Origin: Chrysomallon squamiferum | Taxonomy: Eukaryota; Animalia; Mollusca | DNA: 64,000 nt | Direction: 5' to 3' | Assembly (NCBI GenBank): GCA_012295275.1 | Contig: CM022665.1 | Coordinates: forward strand, 23,002,001-23,066,000 | Part shown: piece by piece, positions 1-29,800 of the stretch | Layout: every line of letters begins with the position of its first letter | How positions within the stretch are numbered: the stretch's first letter is position 1 | The notes under the pieces: model-generated | The model's input: the letters and a program-made list of their open reading frames with translations, nothing else | Databases searched by the model: none | Told to the model about the DNA's origin: nothing | Made by a program: the position numbers and the translations under genes

Positions 1-227
1 CAACAGCATACCTGTAAATAAATAAATAAAGGAAGAAGGAAATAATGTTCTTGTACTATCTAAAAAAAAAATGACATAAATTAATATTTTTTAATCATTG
101 AATTACTGTTATTTTGGAGAGTTTAAAATATACTGATAGATAAACAAAAAAAAAAAAAAAAAAAAAAAGAAAAAAGAAAATACAACAAAAAGAAGTAGGT
201 AAATAAATAAAATAAAAATAAAAATAA

Positions 228-230
<3 letters not shown>

Positions 231-283
<53 letters not shown>
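231..283. repeat. (TAA)n microsatellite
   Basis: Direct reading of the sequence. Confidence 0.9.
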
Positions 284-285
<2 letters not shown>

Positions 286-533
286 GTTATGCTTCAGAAT
301 TACCTCTTTTTTTAAATATAACTGCAAATGATTATATAGAGAGAAAAAGGTAAATAAATGAAATGAAATGAAAAAAAAAAAAATATATATATCAATCATA
401 TTATTTAAGTATTTTAGTAACTATAGTGATATCCACTGATATGAATTTATCTACTATAATGTTTTTCTGATTGAATAGTAAACCTAACACAATAATATTG
501 TTTATCTATTTTGTTGATATTTTCCCATGGCAG

Positions 534-18473
<17,940 letters not shown>

Positions 18474-20849
18474 ACTTAAAAATAGCAAAATGAAAAGGAA
18501 GAATAATAATTTTGAAAAACTGAGTACGCCATCTGTCTAGTTGGATGTTGCCCATCTGCAAATACCGGTGAAAGATATTTCAAATAAAATGAGACATACA
18601 AAATGATCATGACCCAGGCATGCTGATGATTTTTGTGACAATTTCCATCCATTGACAAGTGGCTACTGACTAGGTCTGTGATATATAATACAGATAAATT
18701 AATGAGTTACATATATGTATATATTATATATATAAAATATATGTATAAAACAGATTGTGATGTTTGTTCATTGTGATTCCAGTTCTAGATTGCTGTGATA
18801 CATTTGATGCAGATATTGAGTGAAGACTTGTGACAGTTTATAACTGTTCTCTAGTCATTTTACTCATTAATACATATATATATTTATAGTGGCATAAAAA
18901 AAATCTTAAGAATTTTTAATTTTTTTTTTTTTGACTTTACTTTTTTGTAAAATAAAAAATGCAATGAATAATTGTAATACACATTTTTTTTTTTTTAACA
19001 CATTTATCATACCAAATATATATTTTTATTTGTGTATGAATATGAATTTTTAAACAATCCATTTAGTTTCATTAATATATTATTAATCAGTGATCTTACC
19101 TAATCATTCTTTAATAAAACAAAAGTTTAATTACTTACAGAATGATGTTGAAGTTATTAAATTGTAACACAGCCATTTGGTTTTAGTACATTAACTGAAA
19201 TAAATCAAGAGTTTTAAAACTTTGCCATATTGAACAAACAGAAGTATTATTTGTTTATGTATTTTACACTAGTTTAAAATATTTCTCTAAAATAATAAAA
19301 ATAACAAAGTACTATAAAAGCATATAATGAATAATGAATTTAATAAGTCATTTCTAATTTTTGGTTTTTGGACCAAAATAAAGATCATATAATTCTTGTT
19401 TTAAATAATTTTCGGTTTCAAGAAATTTAAGGTATCATCTTGTTAAAAGCATTTATTGTAAATATTTATTTTTATACTGTAAATACAAGAACGTTTCTTA
19501 AATTTATGCATAATGTAAATGCTTGTACATACATTACAATGTTTTATGGAAAATACAAAATTCTTCACATTCTGTAGTGCATTTCCAAATTTGATCATGT
19601 TGGTAGCTGTCTTCACATTCAGAAATGTTACAAACATGTAATTTTTAGGAACATTTTCAAATTCAAATTCACACCAAAATAGTTTATTACACATGGAACA
19701 GATCACATAAGCAGCTTTAAAAAAAAAGAATTCTCCTAAATTTCTTTGCACAAGATATTTCAGTAGCATTTGAAACTTGTGATCTGGGATATGCTACCAG
19801 TCAACACTGAATTTGGAAAGTATATTGGATTCAGGATGAATACTGTATTATTATTTTTTAAATTTTACTGAACTGATCTGCATTTATTTATTGTATTAAC
19901 ACTGGTTCTATGCAAGGTTTGAGTGTCATCACCAAAAATATTTTGTCTTGCTTTTATAACCAGTTAACCTGAAATTGCTTCACTGAAATGTTTTATTACA
20001 TTATATTACTTGTTATTTATATAAATCAAAGATTTTTACCAAATTCATTTATTTCATACTTAACTTCTGAGTCTGATACATTAACTACACTGTTTTAGAG
20101 TGTATATAAGCAAAATTCTTTTTGTTGGGGGATAACACTTTTATTCTGAATTTTCCCAGACATTTTTTTTTTTTTATATATTATATTATTTTTTTATTTG
20201 GGCTGAATTAAATTGTTCTATTGATATTATTCTTTTGTATGTTATTCATTAATGCATTTTTCTGGAAAACCATTTTTCTTGTTTAAAACTGATTTAACAT
20301 AAGTGGTATTTATTCTATTTTATTTTATTTTTAATGTAGTATTGTTACATAATGCACATGAAGATTTTAAGCAACAGTTAAAAATGGTTCTATTATTTAA
20401 CAATCAGTGTGCATTACCAAATCAGAATTATATCAAATCTGTAATGTCCATATAATCTGGATTTACCATTTTTAAAATATAGTTCGTATAATTAAATATA
20501 AAATTATTAAACTGAAAATATTCATTATATCCAGTTGCAAATTGTATAGAGTGCAGTATAATTATTGAATGAAATATATTGATTGCAAGTAAACAGCCAT
20601 GCATAAAATGTTTGATTGGTCATGCATCTATGAATAACATGAACTTTGAATTATGGTAATTGTATATATTTATAATGTGTTAAAAATTCATACAAAGAAA
20701 ATTAAAAATATTTGAATTATGCATTTTGTTTTTCATGAATGAACTCAAGTTCTTGTGTTAATGAGAATGATTTGTTAATTGATTTCAAACATGTTGATTT
20801 TGTGAATATCTGAGTACAGGAATGCATGGCTTTCCTCATAATTGCAAAA

Positions 20850-21685
20850 GGATCATTCCATGTCAAATCACCCAAACAAAAAAGAAAATTTAAACCCGAC
20901 CATCTCAGATTTTTATCAAACTTGGTACACTTGTTGACTGGGATCCCACAGCACCAAATCTTAAATATTAGCCCAATCGGATCAGTGGTATGGGAGATAT
21001 GGCCCACCGACTTTTGAGATTTTTGGCAAAAATGGGCGTGACCACCAACCTTAGAACCCTCATATCTCAGGAACTACTGGGCCAATCTTCATAAAATTGG
21101 TATTGTTGAAAAGGCAATATGACAAGGATTCCAAATCTGCCATCTTAGTTAATCAGATGTTAATGGCTTCAAAGGAGTTATTTTCATGTATGTGCATTTT
21201 TTAAATCTATATTGTGGCTAAACAAAAAATATTAAACCCAGGAAAAATAAATATAAATGCAAAATCAAACCCATTCCTCTTTACAATGGGCATTTTTACT
21301 AACATACTTTTTTAATTTAAAATAAAATCAATTTTACAATATCCAATATCTTTTATGACCAAACATTTCTTCTCAGATACAAAATATCCATAATAAATAA
21401 AATAATCCCACTAACTTTACCTAGCCTAACAATTAATCAAGTCTGAGATAACATTCATTATATTAAACTAGTTCCTGAGATATGATGGTTCTAAGGTTGG
21501 TGGTCACACCCATTTTTGCCAAAAATCTCAAAATTCGGTGGGCCATATTTCCCATACCACTGATCCGATTGGGCTAATATTTCAGATTTGGTGCTGTGGG
21601 ATCCCAGTCAACAAGTATACCAAGTTTCATAGAAATCTGAGACGGTCGGGTTTAACCCATTGGGTGATTTGACACGGAATGACCC
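20850..21685. mobile_element. Non-autonomous DNA transposon (MITE) with ~220-bp TIRs and 4-bp TSD, possibly Sola2-like; carries a copy of CCS intron sequence
   Basis: Left arm 20850-21076 (GGATCATTCCATGTCAAATCACCCAA...TCTCAGGAACTA) is the reverse complement of the right arm 21469-21685 (TAGTTCCTGAGA...TTGGGTGATTTGACACGGAATGACCC), with about 11 substitutions and one indel block. AAAA flanks both ends. The superfamily is inferred only from the GG termini and 4-bp TSD. Confidence 0.92.
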
Positions 21686-22833
21686 AAAAGTTTAATATCC
21701 AAAAGTATTATTTATGACATTAATTAATTATCCTCAGAATAACACTTAAACATACACAGATAATAATAAAAAGCATGACTCATTATGTTTTTTATTCGTG
21801 ATCCAAGTTACAGTAACTTTGTTTAATGTCTACCACAAGAACAAAATATGTATCATTCATGGCGTGACAAACACATACAAAAATACAATTTTTAATATTT
21901 ATAATAACATCACTCTAATACGGGTAATCTTGTAGTCAAATTTCCCTTAATATATAGTAGAAAGTGAAAACCTTCCACACCACCATGCACAACAACAGAA
22001 CGGGCTACCACAATACTCATTAGTAGTGTCAGTCTTTGTTGCAAGTCAAGTACAAAACCACACCATTTATCCAACAGCTGGGACCAGTTGTGATTCAGAT
22101 ACATTTTCTGAAACAACCTTTATTACACATTCTAGTTGATTTTACTTGTTAAGCAAAAATGGTTTAGAGTTTTATATTATTATGTGGCAGTATGAGAGTT
22201 TAAATTATTTTAGAATGTCTAGGAATGTATATTTTTGTTTTTGTTTAGTCGTTATTAACTAGATCGTGTGTGAAGTGTTCACTCAGTGTACAACAGCAAG
22301 CTTTTCTTTTTACCTCCCACTGATGGAGTCACGAAACTCAGACTTTGACCATAACATGTTTAGAGACTATTGAACAATTTATAATCCATTACAAGTAAAA
22401 ACAAATATGAACTTAACCTTGGTGATGCTTGTAATGCCTATAGCTGCTAAAAATCCCATGTATGGTGTAGGTAAAAAGAAAATAATCATTATAATGGTGA
22501 CCTTCTTGAGTTCTTCAGTTTTATATCTTCGGTAACATTAAAACAAAAATCGAATAAAACATACGCTAATAAGGTGTTGACCTAAACTGCAAGGTTAACT
22601 GTAATTGTATTTAACAGACACAAATTAATACAATTCTACAGAGGGAGAGGGTGTCTGCAAACTTCATAAATGATCTAGTATCTGTGAATGTACCAAGTTT
22701 TGAAACCCGCGCCAGAATACAGTATCATGTGATACACGCAAATGGATTACGTTTTATACTATGTTTTCATTAATGTCATCTACTAAATTTCATAAAGCCA
22801 TATAGGTTATGTGAACATACTCACGTTTCAGCA

Positions 22834-23204
22834 ATGTCAGCGCCTACAAAGGTAAATGTTCTTTTGTTGTTGTTTTTTTAAACAGTATTCATTATTCGAT
22901 AGTTGAAATAGATGATGACAAAAAATAAAGTAACAACATGCTTAAGTTAATAATTAAAACAATACGTCAATACTGAAACCAGCTAGGAAATAACATGATT
23001 AATATGATGCAATAGGGGTTGAATAGCAGAAGTACCCAGTTTCATGACATTAAATTGAAAAGTCATCATGATGACTATGCTAATGGTCACAGAGTTTCGT
23101 ATGCATCGTGGTGCAATTTTGCAATGCTGCAAGCGTCTGTGATAGATGCATCATTGCATAGTGTTTTGAAAAATATAATGTTCGTAATAAAATAAAATTT
23201 AAAC

Positions 23205-23238
<34 letters not shown>

Positions 23239-25390
23239 ATAATAATAAACTGCATAGCTTAGCAAATAATTGCATAGTCATAAATAAGCAGCAGTGATAA
23301 AGCCTTCCAAACATATATATCATAAAGCTAAATAGCCTATTAACAAATCCAGTTACTAGAGTTACCTGTTTTTATTCAATAATTATTTACAGTTAGAATT
23401 TGCTGTTCAGATGACATGTCAGAGTTGTGTTGAAGCAGTGCACAAGTCCTTGAAAAATGTCAAAGGTAATATATCAGTATTAGTACGTTCTGTATATAAA
23501 TTCTTTATATTTTTAATTTACTTAAAGATATATAAAAACATATAGCCAAACCTCTTTATAACAGAGGTATTCTTTTCCTTTTGATATTTTAATGAGTTGG
23601 GTGGTATAATGAGTTATCTTGGATCATGAATTAGTGCATGCACCAAAGCATAGGTTTACTTTGTTTTATTTGCAGGTATTTCGTCAGTAGATGTCAACTT
23701 GGATACAGAAAAGGTTGTTGTAGTAACAACTCTGCCATCTGAAACAGTAAAATCACTGATCGAAAAAACTGGCAAACGAGCAGTACTTCAAGGAATGGGT
23801 TCAAGCAAAGGTAACATCATCAGTAAAATATACATTTTAATTAACTGACAAGTTTTTACTAATGGTATATAACATATTTATATTATTGTGATTATCCAAG
23901 TTACAAGTGATAATTTCTTGATATTGCTTTGTCTGATAAATTATATCAGAAACCAGTTTAAAGATATTTAAGTGGCAAAATTTTTTACTTTTGTTTTCTT
24001 TGTGGAAATTAAATATGTATTGATCCTAAAGAATTAAAGGGAAGAGAAATTTCTTCAACAATGTTAACAATTTTGTTTTTCACTAAATTTCTTCATTTCC
24101 AATTCTGTCTCTGTTTGTGTGTTTCTGTGTGTCTATTTTTTTTTTTTCTTTCTTTGTTTCTTGTTATATTTATAAATATTTTTACTACATACAGCTCCTA
24201 GTCATCTGGGTGCAGCAGTAGCCATACTAGATACAGGCAGTAAACTAGTAAAAGGAGTCATACGATTTGTACAGTCAGATGAGAAGACCTGTATAATTGA
24301 AGGTACCATTGATGGTCTGCCTCCTGGCAGCCACACTCTCTGTGTTCATGAACTTGGGGATATTTCACAAGGATGTAGCAGGTTTATTATTATTATTTTT
24401 TATTTCATTTATTTGAACTAGTTTAATATAATGAATGTTATCTCAGACTTGATTAATTGTTAGGCTAGGTAAAGTTAGTGGGATTATTTTATTTATTATG
24501 GATATTTTGTATCTGAGAAGAAATGTTTGGTCATAAAAGATATTGGATATTGTAAAAAATTGATTTTATTTTAAATTAAAAAAGTATGTTAGTAAAAATG
24601 CCCATTGTAAAGAGGAATGGGTTTGATTTTGCATTTATATTTATTTTTCAGTTGTGGTGACATTTTTGGTACTGGGTTAACAGAAAAGGTATGTATATTT
24701 TGAAGTGTTAATAGCTGAAACAGTACCATTAAAATACTTAAGAAAAATAAATAAATGAATAATAATAATATGAATAATAAAGAAAATAAAAATGTAATTA
24801 ATTTACAGATATATATTTTTATGATTAATATTAATTTTAAACAGGTAAAAGGCATTCTCCATGAACTTGATGTTGGAACAGATTCTCGAGCAGTATTCAG
24901 GTTTCAAGAAGAAAATCTTAAAGTATGGGATATAATTGGACGATCTGCTGTTATACATCAAGGAATAGTTGATGCAAAGGACTCTTCAGTTAATAAAACC
25001 GGAAATAACAGGTATCTTTATCAATTGTATAAATATATATAAAAAAATGTATTATATTGGTTTTAAAAATAAATTAACCATTAATTTTTTTGCATAATTA
25101 ATAATCTAAAGTTAACATAAATGTATTAACTGGTGAAAAATAAGAATATCTGGTATGAAATTCACATAAAGCTAGATCATTCTTCTTTTCTGTCAGAACA
25201 GATATCATGATATTTTTCATCTAGAAGTACACACTGTTGTTTCTATTTCAGATTGGTTTGTGGCATTATTGCAAGGTCAGCAGGCTTGTTTGAAAATCCC
25301 AAGAGAATCTGTGCCTGTGATGGTGTAACAATTTGGGAGGAAAGAGATAAACCACTGGCTGGTGGAAACAGATCAAACCTGTCCAGATAG
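22834..25390 (+). CDS. CCS: Copper chaperone for superoxide dismutase (251 aa)
   Basis: 7 exons: 22834-22851, 23393-23465, 23676-23810, 24195-24381, 24652-24688, 24845-25011, 25252-25390 (TAG); 756 nt. Domain I HMA motif LEFAVQMTCQSC; SOD-like domain II (GVIRFVQ, IEGTIDGL, VHELGD, KVWDIIGRS); domain III CGIIARSAGLFENPKRICACDGVTIWEE with the CXC motif. Confidence 0.95.
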
Positions 25391-26435
25391 TTTTCACAGA
25401 TGATGATTATAACCAAAAGACTCCATTGGTTTCTAGGAAACTGTTATTTTAATAGCTAATTTTAAGTCTTTGACACATCCACTAACATCAGATTTAGTCA
25501 TCTTATAGAGATATAACTGAAACTGGTTGTCTAATCTTATAATAAAAATGAGATTTGCTAATCTGAATATAAACCTGTAAACAAATCAAGTTAATTTTGA
25601 TTATTTCAAGACTTTAATTTTATGTACTGAACATTGGTATCAGCCTCTAATTTGAACTGAAACCGGTTGTCTGCCCATCTAATCCATTTGATAATTCTCA
25701 TCTATATAAAGACCTAAAAAAGTATTGGGATAATTTTTTAATCGTCACTAGTTGAATTATATGGTGGAATCTTCCCTGAAATGCTGAAGGAATATGCTGG
25801 TGACACTGATCACCTTTCTGTATTTATGAGAATTGTCTGCATATGAGTTTAGGTGAAAAGAAAAAAATGTCTGTGATATTTTCACATTTCTCATTTAATC
25901 CAGTGACCAAATGGTTCAATAAATTTTATGGAAATAAATAGTTGTTTATAATAATATTCAAATCTTTGTAAAAAAAAATTGTTTCTACAGTTATTGAATG
26001 AAAAACACATTTTTATCTCAAAACAATTTTCTTTTTAGACTTGTACTAATTTAGCCATTTTAATTTCTTAATAAAATTGATGATACAACAAAATATGTTG
26101 TTGTTATATATGTATGGCTGACAACAATGGTTTAAAGAAACCTCTGCATTAAAACGTCTTTAAATAAAAATAGTTTGTACCTCACTGATGAAATATATTT
26201 GCTGACATTCAGCTATCAATACAATTAATATTCAGCAAATGTTTAACTCTTGAAAGACGAAGTAAACCACAACATAGATTCTAATAATAATAATAATTGC
26301 TTTTTAATTTAGAAAATAAATATTAAACAATCATTTTCAATTTGTTGTTTGTTTTGTGGGTGGGTTGTGTTTTTGTGTGTGTTTTTTTTAAATGTGTTAG
26401 TATAAAAGTTTACAATTAACTCGATGTGAAAATAT

Positions 26436-26438
<3 letters not shown>

Positions 26439-26493
<55 letters not shown>
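26439..26493. repeat. (AT)n microsatellite
   Basis: Direct reading of the sequence. Confidence 0.9.
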
Positions 26494-26498
<5 letters not shown>

Positions 26499-26768
26499 AT
26501 ATATAACCAAAAATTTTAAAGTATTATATTAATGATGCACAAATGTTCGATTTTGTTGAACAGTTATGATAATTTAGCTCAACCACAGTATAATAATAAT
26601 AATAACAAAAACAATAATAAATGAATTTAATTATATTTCTCTGAATAAAAGATAAGATGTAAACAATTTCTGAAGTGGCCTTGATATAACAGTCGTAGAT
26701 CGATCTCGAAATTCTTTTAATGGACCAACACTAATTATCGAACATCTATACAATTATCTCCCTTCGTC

Positions 26769-26778
26769 GCGCGGGAAA
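26769..26778. promoter_or_regulatory. E2F-like site in the CpG-rich NAA40 promoter
   Basis: GCGCGGGAAA about 90 bp upstream of the NAA40 ATG, in a local CpG-rich patch. Confidence 0.5.
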
Positions 26779-26860
26779 TACTGTCGATGGCTGTATGTTC
26801 CTAATCATTTCCAGCACAATATTAATTACTGTTTTCACTGAATACTTGTGACAAGCGAAC

Positions 26861-29800
26861 ATGGGCGTAAGTTTATCATAAATTGTGTGAAGCCTATTTC
26901 ACAACTATTGTCTTACTGAATCATAAATGTTAAATGATGCTTCTTAATAATATCGTCTTCAAGTTAACGGTTTCAGGTTTGGGAGTAGGATATCTCTTCT
27001 TGGAAATGTGTTTTCTTTCTAAAAAAATGAATTAATAATAATAATTAGTAGTGGTATTATGATTTTTTAATGCAGTGTCTAGCGAAATCGGATATTAAAT
27101 TAGTAGTATCTTTAAGTTCATTCTTTTTTATACTAAAATCTGTGAATGTAGGAATAAGCCCCCCCGGGACAAAAGACCCCCACTCCCAGTCCGAAAACAC
27201 ACTGGCGGATAAGAAGTCAAATTTGCAGGGTAGGATAAAAGCCAGCAAATGAAAAATCGACGTAGGACAAAACACCCCAATGAAGAAGCATAGTAGGACA
27301 AAACCCCCACAGATGAAATGTAGAGTAGGACAAAAGCACCCCCCCACAGAAAACAACAACAACAACGAAAAAACTTCGCAAACACTCACTTTATTAAAGC
27401 ATATGTACTACATATCTTTATCAAAATTAGCATAATAACGACGTGATTATCAGTTTAATGTGTGTATTTCAGCAACATAATTAATTACTATAAAATAACT
27501 GATAAAAATAACAAGATAAAAGATACAGTTTGAAGGGAGAATTTTTATCAAAGCATACACGGTCATGTTGCATGAAACGAGATAATGTACCTTAGTACAC
27601 TGGGAATTTCACTGTTTTCAAAATTATATATAATTGCAGAAAAATAATATCAAAACATGATGAAAACTCTAGACATCATTGGATACTGTGACCTAATGAA
27701 AAAATCATTTCACATTTTCTAAGGCATGCTGTGTCACTTAAAGTTAGTCAGTTATTAAAGCAGATCACACCAAATTTACTATTGATAATTTGGTGTCGGG
27801 GGGGGAATGTTAAATGTTAAATGTTTTAAGTTGAGAAGCATTTATACTACCTTGTTTTTTATGTATTTGAGGGGCGTTTGTCTGACTTTGTTTTTTCACT
27901 GGGGGGGTGTTGTCCTAACTTGCATTTCCATGGTGGGGGCTTTTGTCTATCTGCATTTTTTGGATTAGGGTGCTTATGTCCATATCCCAAAATTCATAGG
28001 TTGCTTGTCTGTAGTGTCATTAACTTAAAGATAGTCACTTTTATTGTAAAATTATACTATAATTTACACATATAAGAAGATTCACTAATTTTGAGTTAAT
28101 GATATATCCCAAATTTAAATAATAATAATAAATAATTAAATAAAACAAAAAAATAAATAAAAAAATAATAAAAAAATATGAATTTACCCAATTTATTATA
28201 AGTTGTCTTAACTTAAAAAATATGTTGGATAATGTTCATTAATACATCTGAGCAAGCATTGTGATTCAGGTTGCATACTTCCCTTGTTTTCTCAGAGAAA
28301 ATCAGCAAAAGGAAAAGAAAAGAAGCTAAAAAGGAAAGAGGTAACTAATACTTTTTTCTATTTAATTTTCTAATTTAGTATATGTAGACCTATGCACCAT
28401 GAAATAAAGGAAATGGTTTTTTAGATTAGTATATATTTATATAGGGAAACTCCTCTAAAACAAAGATCCTTGTGACTGAATCAGTTGTTCAATTTGGAGA
28501 GGTGTTTAGTTTTCTGAGGTTTCAAGAATGAACCTTTCTTTACAGGGTGTACAGATTAAAAACAACAACAAAAACAAAAAACAGTGACAAAAAAAAAGCA
28601 ATGACCAAATTTTAGTGTGAACTCTTTATAAAGATGGCTGAACAATTTTAGAGAACTCCTTTGCTCTCTGTTAACAATCACATTGTTAGTCAGCTATGAA
28701 AACCTTTGTTAAAAAGTTCAATATTTAAGAATCGTTTATCGTTATAAAATGTTTTTCAACTTACTGATCATTTTGAACACTTGGATGTAGGTCATGCCAC
28801 TTCCTGGTAGCACAAACATCTCAGATTCCACTGTTATTATAATTATTTTTGGATTAATCATATTTGCTATTAGACAAGTTGATCACTAAATCCTCTTCCC
28901 AAGTTTCTAAATTATCCTCATCACTGCAGCATCATTAAACTATCCAAATGATTTGTGTGAATGTTACAATTTAATTCAGTTGCAAGATGTCCTAATGGAA
29001 TGCCATTATCTTCTTCATTTGTCATCAAGTCACCAGGCACAGAAGTATATACTTCTTATATCTAGTTTTGAAAGCCCCAGAAATATTTTGTTCAAGTAAC
29101 TGGAGATGTAAATATGTGTTGGCAGGCAAACACGTAAAATTCATGTTACTCAAGGCCATGTGAAGCTGCATTATCAAGAAATATTATAATTTTTCTCTTC
29201 TGTCTTTTCAGTATGCTATGCAGCAAGTAAGTATGTAGGTTTTCAGCCATACTTTCTTGTTTGCTACAAGTGTTTTTAGTTTCTCTCCAGGAGCACTGTA
29301 GGCAGACATTACTGTATCCATTCTTTTGATGATTTGCAGCCTTTGATTGAAAGTCTTTGAGTTGGCAGAGCACAGAAAAACAAACCAGTTTCATAACTGT
29401 TAAACATATGCTCTAGTGAAAAATTGCCAATAATATCCAGAATTCTCACTTAGTACTCATCTACAACTGCAATGTCAATGCCACTAACTCCCACTGACCT
29501 TGAATCCAGAATATCTCACTTTTCACCTGTCCAACCTAACAACAGATTCTGTAATAGACAATGTCTTTGCAAATGCATTTGTTTGTCTTGAATTACTTGG
29601 CCACTGACAGGTATGTTTTTCACAAGCACATGACAAAACCACTGCCAAACATGATCAAGACCACATAGTGTGTTCAGTAATTGGAGAGAGAGGTTTTCAG
29701 GGTTAATCAGACCAGGGAATGCCAGAAGACCTTCCTCACCAGTGGACAACCAGAATTCCCCTTTCCCCAAAACAGATGATAAGGCACCCCTACCAGTGGA

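Noticed and set aside
1-30. Minus-strand TTTATTTACAG|GTATGCTG at the window edge, suggesting an antisense exon inside LRRC9 intron 1
   Set aside because: Only 11 nt are visible, the site reads equally as donor or acceptor, and no partner exon was found.
109-399. Poly-Ile/Leu/Tyr/Val-Cys ORFs here and at 23080, 48874, 50968, 51356, 51938, 58515-58951 and 62922
   Set aside because: Translations of microsatellites and homopolymer runs, with no coding signal.
20717-21017. ORFs of 96 and 63 aa over the MITE arm
   Set aside because: They lie in the TIR and show no transposase motifs.
25012-25251. CCS intron 6 donor GTATCTTT resembles a U12-type 5' splice site
   Set aside because: No TCCTTAAC-like branch point near the 3' end, and an ordinary pyrimidine tract is present.
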